The notes under the pieces were generated by a model that saw nothing but the letters and a program-made list of their open reading frames with translations, made no database searches and was not told the origin of the DNA. A DNA stretch of 64,000 nucleotides from Eledone cirrhosa (Eukaryota), in the NCBI GenBank assembly GCA_964016885.1, contig OZ024740.1, forward strand, positions 406,162,001 through 406,226,000, in the 5' to 3' direction. Positions 25,870 to 40,786 of the stretch are shown here, one piece after another. The position numbers and the translations under genes are program-made. Position 1 is the stretch's first letter, and every line of letters begins with the position of its first letter.

Positions 25870-26510
25870 ATCAATGTTGACTCAGGAAAGGGTACAACAG
25901 ATGCCATCTTTGTTGTACAAATGATGCAAGAAAAATTTAGAGAGAAGGATCATGATAGATGATGTTAAGTGAAGATGAAGGATCAGAGATGGCAGTGAGA
26001 ACTTGTGTAAATGTAGCATAGCTGAGTTGGAAAGAAATGATTTTTTAATGATTATTTATAAGAAAACTCAAAGAAACTCAAAGCTAAACTATACAAAACA
26101 ATTACATGACCAGTTCTAACCTATGAATTCTAAACATGGACTTTAAGAACAAAGGAATATAACATGTTGAAAGCCACCGAAATGAGAATGATAAAAGCAG
26201 TTTCCTTGTTGGATCATACTAGAGGTGAAGATATCAGAAAATAAATGGATGTAGACCCTATAATCAAGAGGATTTGAGTGGCGTGATTAAGGTGGTTTGG
26301 GCACATTGTCAGGATGAGTGAAAACAACCATGTCAAGTAAGCATAGAAAATAGAGATAAATGGCAGATGACCCATTGGAAGGCCCAGGAAACGTTGACAT
26401 AACATAAAAGATCTGTCAAGTAAAGGATGATTTGAGATAGCTGGAGAGAACATATCAATTTACAAAGGCCACGACCCAGCAACATTGTTGGATAAAGTTG
26501 ATGATGATAT
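25870..26510 (+). mobile_element. highly decayed RTE-like LINE fragments
   Basis: GKGTTDAIFVVQ..QEKF and RLRWFGHIVRM...GRPRK remnants; ends in gatgatgat. Confidence 0.6.
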
Positions 26511-26669
26511 CAATGTTGACTCAATCCACTATATAGATATGTGGTCTTCTAATAAAATTAGAAATCAATAACTAAATACCTTTCAGTATATAGTTACTCC
26601 CCTCGACATATTGAACTCCAATTCCTCTAAGACTGATTTCGTAATTTGTCTATTGATTGATAAAATAAT

Positions 26670-26855
26670 TGTTTCTACTTTTGGCACAAGGCCAGCAATT
26701 ACCCAGTACATTACTGGTACTTTATTTTATCGACCCCGTAAGGATGAAAGGTAAAGTTAACCTCGGCGGGATTTGAACTCAGAATGGCAAGGGCCGTAAC
26801 TCTATGCATCAAAGCATGGCGTCCGACCCCCTACCGATACTGCCAATCCACCACC
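26670..26855 (-). mobile_element. full-length SINE family A with 18-bp TSD
   Basis: ATTGATTGATAAAATAAT at 26652-26669 and 26856-26873. Confidence 0.92.
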
Positions 26856-29022
26856 ATTGATTGATAAAATAATACTAGTAATTAATTGAATAAACTACAA
26901 ATTATCTTCATAAATATGTGGTCCTGGGCCAATGTCAGAAATCACTATCATCGTCATTTAGGTCTTTTAATGTAAAGAAGAAAAGAACAGACAAAGCTGT
27001 GCAAAAACTAAAATAAACATATTGCAACAGTTTCATTTACAAAGAATATTAGAAAGGAAGCATAAAGAAGGGCTCAACAAGGATTACCTATGCAAGACAT
27101 CTAGTAGAAGCTCATTTGCTACGATACATATGAAGTCTAAACAAAAATTTACAGCTGTACAGTTTCTCGGCTGTGTGTGCATATTTTTGTCAGTTGCCTT
27201 TTAAGAGCAGGAATTTCAGGGGAAGCTGTCATGTGAATTACACATACCTTTTAGTTATTCAAAATCAAGCAATCAAGAGGATTAATATCAGGAAGATCTT
27301 TGCTAGATGCTGTTAATGGTGGGGGAGTGGGGAGGAGGAGAAGAAAAAGAAAAAAAAGAAGTTGAAAAAAAGAAGAAAAAGAAGAAGAAATAGTAAAAGA
27401 AAAAAGCAGTGTAGGTGAACATTTGAAGGAATGTAGATTAGAAGCTCATAAACAGTCAATTTTAATCATAACTTATGCAAAATAATCCATTTAAGTATTC
27501 ATTATCTTGTTTCTCGTTACTCTAAATGTGGATAATATTCCATAGATTTTACACTGTAGTGCACACAATCTAGTAAAAATCAAGTAAATGGAAGGAAATA
27601 TCATTTATAATTAATTCCATTAAAAATTATTTTGTTATATAGTTTCTATTTACTGATGTAATAAATAGATAATTATAGATGTTATTTTACATGAACATAA
27701 AAGTTTCAACAGTGGGTGTTCTTCTTATTTGTAGCCACTCAACCAAGACATTTAAGTGGATGCTGTTTGTCAGCTAAATACAGTCACAAACCTTATTTGA
27801 GGATTCAGTAATAAGATTTGACCTCACGAATGCAATAAATCTTCTGCCAAGCTCAACCCTTTCATTACCATATTTATAACAAAATACACTATATTTGAAT
27901 TAATGAAGAATTTGGTGCAATTTACTAAACTTATTATTTTATTATTCAGTTGGTATTTGTAACATAACAAAAAGTTCTTGTATCAAATTATGTTAGAAGA
28001 TATGAATTTAAATAAGAACCCTTTAAAATGGGTGCCTTATTTCTATGGAGCCAGGACAGATTTGGGACAAGTTAGTATCAAAAGGGTTAATGCCCATCAT
28101 CATCATCATTTTTATGTCTATTTTTCCACGTAAAAACAATGATAGTCTAACGTATTATAATTTTGTGCCTGATTAGTAAGGTATATAACATTAAGATTAA
28201 CATAAAAGAAGGTAGTCAAAAGTGAGGCTCGTTTAGACACAAGTTAGTCTTGATTGAGTAGACCTTGGATCAAAAGCATCTTGTCTTTTTAGAGGTACAT
28301 CAACACCCCACCAACAGGTCCAGTCTACATAGATTAATATCACATCATGATATTGCTATTGCATAGATTGAATGGTATAACAATATAAACATTTCTTCAC
28401 AAACGTCTGTTGTGTATGCAAAACCATACATACCCTATATGTGTGTGAGAGAAAGGTGCGGGAGAAGGAGAGAGAAAGGATGAGGAGGGAGAGATGATAA
28501 ATATGATATGATAATGATGCTAATGAAATCATGATGTAACTTTTAATGATCAATTAATTTTTACCTCAGATACTATTTAGATCTAAGTTAGCCCTGATCT
28601 AGCAGACATATGACCATAGACATTCCAGCTAAGACCATCCAATCATTGTAGAGTTATCTAGGAAATATATTAACTGATGTGACCACTACATTTTTAAGAT
28701 GAGCTTCTGTGGTCACCCAATTGGCTAGAAATAGCAGCCAAATATTCATAAAATAACAGCTGACTATCTTTGTCATTGTACTTTTATATTGCATCTCTGC
28801 AGTCACATGGCAGAAATCTTTTAAAAAAAATCCGAAAACCTTAGAAAACTGGTTAAATGTGAACCATGAAAATTGAAATAATTCTAACTATAACAAGAAA
28901 TCTCACCAGCTATGAAGATGAAGTAAAGAATTAATCTGAAAAGACTGCCAATGGACTCCAAAGTACATAATATGCAGAGATCTGACCTTCAAAGTAGAAA
29001 CCATGTAACATAGAAAAATAAT

Positions 29023-29201
29023 TGTTTCTACTTTTGGCACAAGGCCAGCAATTACCCAGTGCATTACTGGTACTTTATTTTATCGACCCCGTAAGGATGA
29101 AAGGCAAGGTTAACCTCGGCAGGATTTGAACTCAGAATGGCAAGGGCCATAACTCTATACGTCAAAGCATGGCGTCCGACCCTCTACCGATACTGCCAAT
29201 C
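29023..29201 (-). mobile_element. SINE family A
   Basis: Matches family A; short TSD AAAATAAT. Confidence 0.88.
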
Positions 29202-30379
29202 CCAAAATAATGATACCAAATTAAGCAGCAAGTTAGCATCTGAAGACACCTGCTCATACTTAGCATTCAGTATACAACTATTCAGATTCATGTGAAAAGA
29301 ACTGAACAACAATAATAATAATAATGATAATAATTTCTGTTAGGCACAAGTGCTCATACATACACTCAATAAACATTAAAACGTATGTTACAAACATGTG
29401 CTGCTGGACAAGACAAAGTTATATAAAAACAAGGGTAGGTAAGGAAGTTTGACAATGGATGTAGTAAAATTTGATAAAAACATGGAATAAATATAAAATT
29501 ATATATTAGACATGATAATTAAACAAGATGTAATATTGATTTCTAATTTAGGCACAAGCCCAGTAAATTTGGTAGAAAGACAATGTTGATTAAAACAACC
29601 CCAGACTTGTCCTTTATTTTATCAACCCCAGAATGATAAATGGCATTTTATTTGATATTGTACCAATTTTGCCAATCCATGATAAGATATATTAAAGTAA
29701 AAACATGGCAAGAGATTTAGGGTTACCCATCCAAACACAGGTAAGAACCTATCACCAAGGTTGGGTAAAAGGAACACCTTGGAACACTGGTCTCTTGACA
29801 TTGTTAAAAATTGCAATACCCAAAGGTGCCCATGAGCAATATTAGTGTCAGACTGGGCAAGACATCTCCAATATCTTGTATAAAATTATACAGTAGTAAT
29901 TCATAGACTGCTTATGTGATTTACTTAGCAGTCTATCATTAGTGAACTCCTCAAAACTGAAGCCTATCACAACCAACACATTACTATTCTCTTCTTTCAG
30001 TTCATTTAATAGTTCTATTAGTTCTTCATTTGTTTTCCCTAGAATTGTAAACTTAAATTAAATGTCAGAGGGGGGATAGGCTCCTCCTTACATATTTTGT
30101 TGCCCTATCTTAGAGTGTAATCTTTTTTGGGAAAGGTTGGTGGTTTTTTTGCTCTTCCTTTGTCTCAACTAGTCTGCCACCCCTGCTCACTTTCCATCTC
30201 TTCTTTATCACAAGACAATGAGGTAGCACTGTTAGTTATGATTGGCAGAGGACATTTTTCAGCATCCTTATCAGTTCCTGAAACTAAGGAAAAGGGCAAC
30301 ATCCTTAATACTTTTGGAGCTCTCCTGAGGGTGTCCTAGAAACAGTAGTTTCTGTAGCTTGTTCTTGCAGTTGCTGTTT

Positions 30380-30700
30380 TTTCTCTTATAGCTTATCCAA
30401 CTACTCTGGATAGAAAGCCCTTAAATAACCTTTATTACTACATGTGAAGCAGCTAGGCATTTTTTTCTGAACAACTATATCTAAAGCTTTTCTCAAAGTA
30501 TTCACCATAAGGCACAACTCTAGGGTCATTTTGTGATTTTTGTGGGATCATGAGGACTTGTATGTTCAGAGAAATCCCCACCTGATTATATATCAGCAAA
30601 AGTCATGTGAGTGCTGAACACCTGCCTATTGTGCTTCGAAAGTGACCATAAACCAGAGGTGTATGTCACCCCTGATATATTTTACAATGAACTTCCTCAT
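30380..30700 (-). mobile_element. possible decayed LINE ORF1 (zinc-knuckle relic)
   Basis: Minus-strand translation DIVVQKKMPSCFTCSNKGYLRAFYP resembles a broken CX2CX4HX4C knuckle; boundaries uncertain. Confidence 0.3.
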
Positions 30701-31479
30701 TACTTCATCCCATATATTAGACTATTGAACCTATCTCAGGCGTATTATGTGCTGTTTCAAAAACAGCACATACCATGCCTGTTATAGGATGTACTTCATG
30801 TATCAGCTAGAGCTGCAGACAATTACGGTTTTGGGAACATTAAGATGCAGAAGTTATTTTTCTGCTGTTTGATGAAGAACTGAGAAATTAATTAATACAC
30901 TTGCTCTTGCCACACAGACCTTTTCTCTGTCAAATAATTCCTATCCACGGCTTGTCTGTTGGAGGTAGTTCCAGTGAAAGTAGGAAAGCCTAAAATGCTT
31001 TCCCTGTTTCTCTATTCAAACTCTCCATTCATTCTGCAGTATTTTTTGCTATTTTCTTCATTTAACAAGTGTGTGTGTGCATTGCTGTTGTTACGTTTGT
31101 TTAAGCCATGCGAATTTGCATTTTAGGGTCTTAAATTGTGATTCTTTGTACTTGTGAGTGTATTTTCTTTATTTTAATGTTTTTCTGTTTATCCATTTCT
31201 AAATTCCGCTTATCTCTTTCTGGAATTTGTTTTTGTATATATAAAGATTAAATGTCTGTTTTATTTTGATGGTCTCTATTCAGTGCTACTCCCATTTTTT
31301 ATTTTAACACTTATAGCACAAAACTCAAAGCTGATACTGAAGGATTCCTAATTAAAACACAAAACCCAGGCTTTCTCACCCCAAAACTTATGTAGCATGA
31401 TATATAAAGTAACTTCAAACTATGGAGGCTATAAAAGCAAAACAAAATAATTAATCATATTGTTTTTGATTGGCCAGTC

Positions 31480-32185
31480 TTAGACAAAATGGATATTTCA
31501 GCAGAAATAATGCAGTTAAATGTGTCACATACTGGAATATATGTCAGCATTGTAGGATATCCACAGAAAAAGGTAGTCAAACATATACCACAAAATGTTT
31601 CCGAGAAGAACACATTGATTATACTCTGGGGGATATCCCAAGTCACAGATATAAAAATTATAGCAAATTTCCAAGGCTTTATTGTCAATGAACATCAGGA
31701 AAAAAATAAATTGATGTATCAATTCTGACATGATAATATGTCTTTGAAAGATAAAAAATGAGAAACAGTCCAAATATAAAGAACTAGTAATAGAGGTGTC
31801 TCGGATGTGATGAATGAAAACAGAAACAATCCTTATATTGATAGGTGCCTTGGGAAAGATTATAAAGGAAAAATAAAGATGCAAACAAATATATGAACAA
31901 AACACCAGAACTTAGAAAAATACACAAAAACAGACAAAAATAGTCACTACACATGTATTAATATATTATGCAGAGTAACAAATATACAAAAGAAAACAAA
32001 ATGCTCCTTGTACCTAAGTTTCAAAAGAAAGCTCTTAAGATCATTGCAGATGATGGAGACAATACAGCAAAGAAGCTCACCAACAACAACTTCCAAAACA
32101 GTTGTGCTGTGAAAGCATACAATAAAAATAAGATTACTGAGATAATAATAGATAGAACAGAAACAGTAATAATAATAATAACTAT
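31480..32185 (+). mobile_element. decayed R4/Dong/NeSL-like non-LTR element, restriction-like endonuclease end
   Basis: Remnants IILWGISQVTDIKIIANF, EKQSKYKELVIEVSRM, LIGALGKI match the ILWD..TD..I.ANRPD / EK..KY..L / IGALG pattern; ends in (TAA)n. Confidence 0.6.
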
Positions 32186-33821
32186 TATTATCCTCATTTT
32201 ATGTCTGCTTTCCATGCTGACAAGTGTTGGATCGGTTACCACAGTCCGAGATTAGACTGGTCTGGGAACTACATTTTGTTCATGTGTTCAATATCTCAGC
32301 ATGGTTTCTGCAGCTGGATGCCCTTTCTAATGCCAACAACTTTACAGAGTGTACTGGGCACTTTTATCACAGCAGTATTCCAACCACTTTACATAGTTCA
32401 CTAGGTGTACTTTTCAATATATTTTGTCACCAGAGCCCATTCATTCATGCAGAAACACATTACAAAAAGGGGTTACAATACATGTGGGAATATGAGAATC
32501 ACAGGCAATTTGAACAGCGAAGGAAGTTCCCTATAGTTTATGACTATCTATACAAAAGAAAGTTGGCTGCAACCACAGTGCATAACAAAATGTGCACAAG
32601 TCATGGTCCTTCAGAATTTAACAATGAAACCACCCTAATATGAAAGGCACTATTTTATGAGGGTCAGTACATTCATGACAGCCCATTGGTTTCTGCTGCC
32701 AAGACACTTTGGACAGGAGTTTTCTGTACTTGTCAGTCATACTAGTGTCATCAGAGACATTGGCTGACAAGATGTTTTAGATGGCTAAGTGCATGGATTC
32801 ATCTTATCATTACTGCTGTAAGAAACTAGTGAACGCATGATGCTGGAACCCTGTCACCAACTACATTAGTGTTCACCAATGCAATGATACAAATAATTAG
32901 CATTGTTAATTTTTGCCTATATTTAATAACAAAAATAAAAATAAAAACAAAAATATAAAATCATAGACACACAAGTATCTTTGCTGTAATAAATAAGTTA
33001 TTTCAATTTCTCCTCAAAATTTTCCACTGGGTTTAGAGCTGTGATGGAGAAAGCAAATATAATGATTTTTCTTCTTTTTTTTCACATTATTAGTTCATTT
33101 AGAAATAATTTGATAGGAGACTTGCATTCCCAAATATAAATTATAGTGCTACAACTCCTTATACAAAAGAACAAATATTAACAAAAAAACAAAAACAAAA
33201 AACAGTCCAAACTAATCATTAAATTAGTTGTATTTTTTAAAAATAATTCTTCTTTACAAATAAAATTATAATTCATTAAAATCAAAAGAATAGGTACAGT
33301 AAAAAGAATAAAAATAAAAATGAAAACAGGATTTGAAAATTAAGAGATGAAATAATAACATCCCTTTAATACCATCTAGTGTATATTTTATGAATATATA
33401 TTCACCCCAGTCCTTAACTAACACTTTATCTTATCATTCTCATGCCATTTCTATTTCCTTTGTTACATACTCTAATTAGTTCTGTGTCAATTCTTTATTT
33501 CTACCAAGAGTTTCTGATAACTTTTCACAAGTGACAACTGCAGTTTATAGATCATAACAGTTCTTCAACAACAATATATCATCACCATCATTATTATGCA
33601 ACATGCTAAAGACAGAAAACTGCTGTAAACAGCAAGCATATGGAATATGGAATATTGCATTAAAAAAATTATATTTTCATTAAAGAAAAAAAAATTATAA
33701 TAAATTAAACAATATATAAAAAAAAAAAAAAATATATATATATATAGGCACAATGCCATTTTTAACACATTGCAAGGGATTGTTCATGCAAAGAGTTATT
33801 TGGATTAATTTCTGATCTTAC

Positions 33822-33899
33822 CATGTTGCTTGAGATCGAACCCATGTATTTTGGCTTCCTCTTGCAGGATAAAATTAAACCAGGGCAGGGCATCGGCAC
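33822..33899 (-). CDS. RhoGAP-domain gene, exon E (78-nt, probably cassette exon)
   Basis: ttttgtcccttgcatgtgtag acceptor, ATG|gtaaga donor; phase 1/1, matching exons D and F; open in that frame: (R)ADALPWFNFILQEEAKIHGFDLKQH; GC-richer than its flanks. Confidence 0.72.
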
Positions 33900-36800
33900 C
33901 TACACATGCAAGGGACAAAACATACATGCACTACAGAGAGAGCATGCGCTGATAGTCATGGGAGATGTAGTAGTGTTAATTACAGATACTCTAAATCTGT
34001 TATCAAATGAATTATCCTGCTATTGTAATTAAATTTATACATGTAATTAAATGACACATTGCTAATTTCATTAAGCAAAATATACATTGCCTGCTAGTTA
34101 AATTTCTTTGCCATTATTTTACTATCATTAGTCATATTAGTATTAACTCAACAAAAAGTAATCTTGATTTCAATATTTGTTAATAAAGTAACTACAAGAA
34201 TAACAGCAACAAAGAGCAATATTAATTGTTCTAGGAAAATTCTTCATTTCAAATAAATATAATTAAGAAAGAAGAATATTTTACAAATAAGCATTAATTC
34301 CTATCTAGAACTGAAGTCACTAAATAATCAATTAATTTGATATAAAATATTAAACAAAGAAAAGAACAAAAATAAAAGATTTGAACAATTAGGGAACGTT
34401 GTGTTTGCTGTTGTTAGATTTAGCTATTTATTTAATTTTCTCAATGAACCATCAATTAAAGTGAAAACAATGAAACAAAACAATGCAATATATATCAAAG
34501 TAGTTTTTATATCAATATAGATAATTTAATAGAATTGAAAGAAATGTTAACAAAAACAAATCAATTAAGCTACAGAAACTAAATAAAAAGCATATGATAT
34601 AACTATCTCACACATTAAAATAAAAACAAACAAAAAACATGTTTCAAACTTTAACACTCTTGATAAACATTGTGTTCACCACCATGACATAAACTAGAGA
34701 TGTTATGGAAGTTGTTATGCTGTAGATATAAGCTATGTGATTAAGAAGTTTGCTTTGTAACCATTATAGGTTTGATCCTGTTGTGTGGTGCCTTTAACAA
34801 ATGAATTCAACCATAACCTTGGGTTGACCAATGATTTGTGAGTAGAATTTGATAAACAGAAACTGTGCAGAAGCCTGTATTATATGTCCACATACACATA
34901 TTTTGCTAAATGATGTAAAACATGTGCCAGAAAACCAAAAGACCTGCTCTTTTTTAACAAAGTCCATTATGTTTATTTTGCACCAAGTTAGACAGGCACT
35001 CCTTTGTAACTTTCTCCGTTGGAATGCGTTACTAGCAATGCTATTGTTTACCAGTTGTGATATAAAATAAATATATCTTGGATTGTAAACAGACAATGTA
35101 TCACTTACACAGCATCAGACAAGTATGACATTTGAAAGTATTTTGGCTATGCAAATCTACCACACCTTAATTATAGAATATTTAAATAAATTGGGAAAAT
35201 AGTTCCTGGAGACTCATGGTCATCTGGCAAGTGGCAGATGTGTGGTTTGTTTCCTGCAGAAATCAATGTCCACTTTTTTTTTTGTCTCGATGGGTTATTT
35301 TCCTGATTTAGTAATTTATTTTATAGTTAACTTGCACTGTGGTAGCTTTACATTTTCTATCTTGGACTGCTTGATAGTGACAATTCTAACAGCCTGTTTA
35401 TTGGTAATGCCAATGATTCAGAGAATATTTAGCAGTACATCTGATATCATCAGTTTGGAAGCAGAGTGTGTAGTGTTATGAGAACACAAGCCAAAAGAAT
35501 TGCAATTTCATGCAAACACACATTAATTAAGGTACACACAGCTATCTGTAAAGAATTATTATTAAAGATTTCTATTAACTGTGATTAATTTAGAGAAACC
35601 AGTATTCTATGAAAATATATTGTATACAGTTTGATATATTGTTTGTAAAATTTAAAAAAATTCAAAGACTTGAGGTAGTATGTTTCTATATAGATTCTAG
35701 GTAAGATTTTCTATAATATATCCAATCTAGGGCCTTTTCACTCCTGTTGGAAGAACTCCTCCCTGGTTGACCTCCACTGTTTTCTGTTTAGTTTTAGTCA
35801 TGTCAGGGGTGCAGCTGTACTCACCATGCTTGACCACTTGCAAGTTGGTGAAGAGATTTAACCCAAACTTGGGGTGGATGGTCATTGTCTGAGTAGGTCA
35901 TCTACCCTTTTCACACCTCTTATATTTTATACTGCTGAAATTCCACTTAACCTCCTCATCAGACCTAATGGGGGAACTGGTTTAATTGCTGACCACTTGA
36001 CCACAAAGCAAGTTGTACTGAGTTACATGGTACGAATATCAGGCAGAAGACCGACTTGACTATATCAATATATAAATCTTATAATATTGCCATTATGAGC
36101 AATAATAACACACGAGCTTAATAAACTAAGCTTAATTGACTCAGAACATCATATTTCATAAATTGTGGAGTTTCTAATGTCAGCATTTTCAAGAAGATAC
36201 CATCAACATCATAATCTTAGCAGTTAAAGGCAGGCTGCTGTACATTACTTATCTAAGGAAAAGTTCATGCACGCACGCATGCACGCACACACATACACAC
36301 GCACACTTCTTCCCCCATCAAAAGTAAAGTTGTCCACCTAAAATGCTAATATTTAACCAAAAACAGTTTGTAAAAACTCACCCACCACTTATCTTTATAT
36401 TATTCCAGCCTAAGTCACTCTGATGCACTCACTTTTCTTTACTCCCTTCAAATCTGTTGCATCACACCCACACAGTCACAAGATCTTGACTAAGAAAGTT
36501 TCTGAATCTTTCTAACTCAGATCTGACACACTCTGACCTGCTTCCTTCCCACCCATGTTTACATAACAATTATTAATCTGCAACTATTGAAAATGAATCC
36601 AGCTATACTAACTTCATTCAGTTATCCATATACCCAAGTCCAGAAGTTCTTAAAACAGAGTTATAGACATTCTTTAACTTCTTCTGATTAAGAGCATAAA
36701 ATACAACCCTATTACTGTGTATCATGACGATAAAACATTCATTTGTCATTTTAATCTATGCTGTATATCTTTGAAATGGCAGCATATTGGCAGTCGTTAG

Positions 36801-38939
36801 AACGATGGATTAAATTCTTTGCGGTATTTGTTTCACCCCTGAGTTCAAATCCTGTCACAGTCAACTTTGCCATTCATCCTTTTGAGGTCAATAAATGTAA
36901 TTACTGGGGTTGGTTTTTCCCTTCTTTCTCTTTATCACTTTCTCTGGAAGAAATAAGCTGTATTCCAGCCTGGGGAGGGATGGGTACCACTAGGTTTCAA
37001 ATTTTCCAATGACACCATCAAGAGTTAAGGACCCTTTTCCTTTTCCTAAAATGGTTTGAAACAGAATATAATATAAAGTAGAATTTTCTAAACTATGTAT
37101 CATATAACTTTACTGTGTCAACAATAATCCCTAGGTGTTTTGTGAAACTGAGTCAAATCTTTTATAAATATTTGCAATTTGAAAACTCTGCATATAATTA
37201 GACGTGACTGGAGAAAAGTGATTTTTAATTGTTCGTTCATTAATTTCATTCATTTTGTATCTCTAACAAAAGTGTCAGGAAAAATTTTACTTTTAACAAG
37301 TGTGTTGGCAATGTGAAAAGTTTTAGAAAGTTCTTATATAAAGAATAGACATAAAATGATATACAGTCATAAATTATTTGATACTTGAAAAAAAAAAAAA
37401 AAAAAAAAACAGATAGAAAGGCTAGACTGAGAAAAGGTTTAGAAACAAATGAACTTAAACATTCTTCCATCAAAACATGTTGCAAAAACTAGATCAGTAA
37501 AAACTAAGCAGTTTTGAAAACAAAACAAATTTTATAGCTTTGAGTGAATATTTGTTTATAGTAAAGACTGCATAGTGTATTTATTAGAGATAGTAACAAG
37601 AAGATACAAGATTATTATAAACAACAGGATTAATGATTTCTAAATTTCTGAGTTAATGCTATACCAAACAGAGTGTAGTGTTAAGTGCTGTTTGATATAT
37701 TTGTAATGATATTTGGTTTAGCAATCCAAAATCTTAAGCTTCCTTGCTCAGATAAAAGAGATTTAGTAACCTGTGATATCAATGATCTTCCAAAAATATT
37801 AGTAAATTAAATAAAGCAGTTGGAAAAATTAATCACAACTAGATTACAATCTGAAGACATAGGGGTTTTAGAAGGAATACTCATATTTTTATATCATTTG
37901 ACATATATACTGAGAACTATAGATAAGCTCCTGACTGAAGCCATTTCAATTCCCTTTCATTGTTAATGCTTGTGGAAAATGCTTAACTGCCACAACTTCT
38001 CATTTAATTTGTTTTACAAATATAAAACCTTGTGACTTATGCAAATAAATATTTGACAACAGAAATATGAAAGGGCAATAACCATCTCTAAAAACACCAC
38101 GCTACATCACTGAGTCACTGTCCATTGATAATAATTGATAATAATAATTTAACTTTTATGACAGAATAGCAGACAAGATTCCACAAATACCAAACAGTTT
38201 TCAATAAACATCAAAGAAGGCTAAATTCCGATATAAATCAATATGTAACTGAAAGACAGTACATCTGAAATAGGATTCTTTGTATCCCCTTCTCTACTGA
38301 TTATGCAGTCATGTAAAACTACACAGGACTGTAATGAGTAATAATGTGTCTTTTATAATCTGATATTGAACTGATGATCAAGCTTCTCTCAGCATGACCA
38401 ACCAATGAACAATTCCAATCATTCGTACCCATTATGAGACATAACTAAATAAATAAATTAATTAGGATGCATGTATTTTCCCAAATGATCATTTAGTTAA
38501 GTAACATTTCCATTTAGAATTAATGAATATATAATAAGACATGGGAATTCCAAAACTATAGCTTATATTAAAAATGTGGTTAAAGAGCCTTTTTCATTCT
38601 TACCATGAATAATACTCACAAAATAAACCAATAGAACTGCAAAGACTTAAATATAGTCTTAACACAACTAAACCTCTTCAAGTATTATGTCTCCTAGAAA
38701 TTCATCATCATTCTCATCATCAGTTTTATGTCTGGTATGGATTAGATGAGACTTTTTGAAACAGAATTCTACAGTTGGATGCCCTTCCTGATGTTAACCC
38801 TCACTTGTATTTTAAAGTAAAGTATGGATATTGACACATATAACCACTGAGCAGTAGGACCTCTATAAACAAATATCACCAACTGTGATGTTGAATGCAA
38901 AGCACACACATATACATATGCGTGTGTGTACACACACAC

Positions 38940-39100
38940 GGCAGGCTTCCTTACAGTTTCTATCTACCAAATTCATTCACAAGATAGTGGTCAGCCTGAG
39001 GTTACAGTGGAAGAAACTTTCCCAAGGTGCCACACATTGGGAAAGAACTTAAGATGATGTTGTGAAGCAAACTTTTTAAACACACTTCCCTGCCTGCACC
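38940..39100 (-). mobile_element. tRNA-derived SINE family C (copies ~34715-34880 +, 58540-58692 -)
   Basis: Shared ggttaagaag.ttgct...ccttgggcaagt.tcttc.actatagcc...gaattt.gtaga.ggaaactg motif, CORE-SINE-like. Confidence 0.6.
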
Positions 39101-40786
39101 TACTAAAATTCATTAAAAAAATTATGGTAAGATTAATATAAAGTAATGAATTCTATAATACCTTTCGGACTAATAGTGGGTTATCCATAGTTATAAAATA
39201 TCAAATTGTACACAGATCTATATAGTAATTAAAAAGTAAAGAGCTCCTAACTTTCAATGGAGATGTAGGGGCAACTTCCTGATACATAATGTGTTTTAGG
39301 CATTTTAAACCTGGCAGAGCTTATTTCTATTCAGGTCAGAACACGGCTGATTTCTTCTTACTGAGGGGGAGAAAAATTGACTTCGGTACTGAACTAATAT
39401 TTTATTTTTGACCTCCAGGCAAAGATGACTATGACAGGATTTGAACTCTGGGTGCAGTGTGCCAAAACAAATACTGAGGCATTTTTAATCCAATGCTCTA
39501 ATGATTCTCCCAATTTGCCATCTAGTTCTATATTATTAAGCACAAATATGTAGAGCTCTGAAAATGATCTGCTCAATGTATTTTCCACATAGCAGACATA
39601 CTGATTAATATTTCAGAACCTAATTAAATATTTAGTTGCATTTTTTGTTTTTCAAATTGAAGTATTTATCAAAACAAAATTATACAAAAAATGTATATAG
39701 ATTTTAAAAAATAATAATTTAGCTGATAATTTTTTAAACATCTAAATGCAATAATACAAATAATATATGTTAATTATTGTAGATTTATTAGAAATGATTA
39801 GTAGGTTGTGCAAATTTATATTTGTATGTATCATAGAAGTATTTACTAGCTAGATGCCCTTTCTAAAATTAATCACACTTTAACCCTCTCATTACAATAT
39901 TTTTAATCAAAATCACTGCTTATGATTTTCAAATCATCATGAATTTGGTGGGATTTAGTAATATAACTTTTTCATTATTAAGCTGATGTTTGGAACAGAG
40001 GTTTTTTTCATAAAATTATGATGGAATGTCTTTAAATAAATAGAGACACTTTAAAATAACCAGTTTTGTATCGTAGAACCAGGGTCAGTTTCAGTCATTT
40101 AAACTAAAACAAGTACTGTTCCCAATCTAGTTGATATTTCTACATTTTCGTTATAACAGTGATTTAATCAAATTCTCAATTCAGAATACTTTAGCTCACT
40201 TTTTACATACCCCCAATTAAGAACCACTGGACAAATACAACTAAAATTTATGTTTGCTGTTGTTTTTGTAAGAATTAAGTAAAGCTACCTTATCATAATC
40301 TATAAAGCTCAGTGTGTGGTCATGCTCCTTTCTTATAGAAATCTACGATATAGAATTTCTTCAATTGAAATTTACAATTCAGTATTTGAAATAGCTTCGA
40401 TTGCGTCTTGGCACAGATAATTTTTTCAATTTCACCCACAATTACGCAAAAAATAGATAAAACTCAATATTTTACGATTTTTGTCTGTCATTTAAACTGC
40501 TAAACTCTTTTCACTACCATTCAAAATCTATACAACTTCATACTTTCTGTTACTTTCTCTTTCCAAGCTTGATGGTGATACTGTCCGTTTTACTCTCTCA
40601 TATCATCTGCTTACCTCTAACTACAACCCACATATTTTGCTACTTTCTCTTTTATACAGATACATTTATTCAACAACAAGCGATAAATCTTTTTTAAAAC
40701 TTCTTTTCCAAACGCATACAAACACACACTCACTTCAACAACAACAACAACAATCTGCCTTTTATAGATAATGATAAACAATAATA

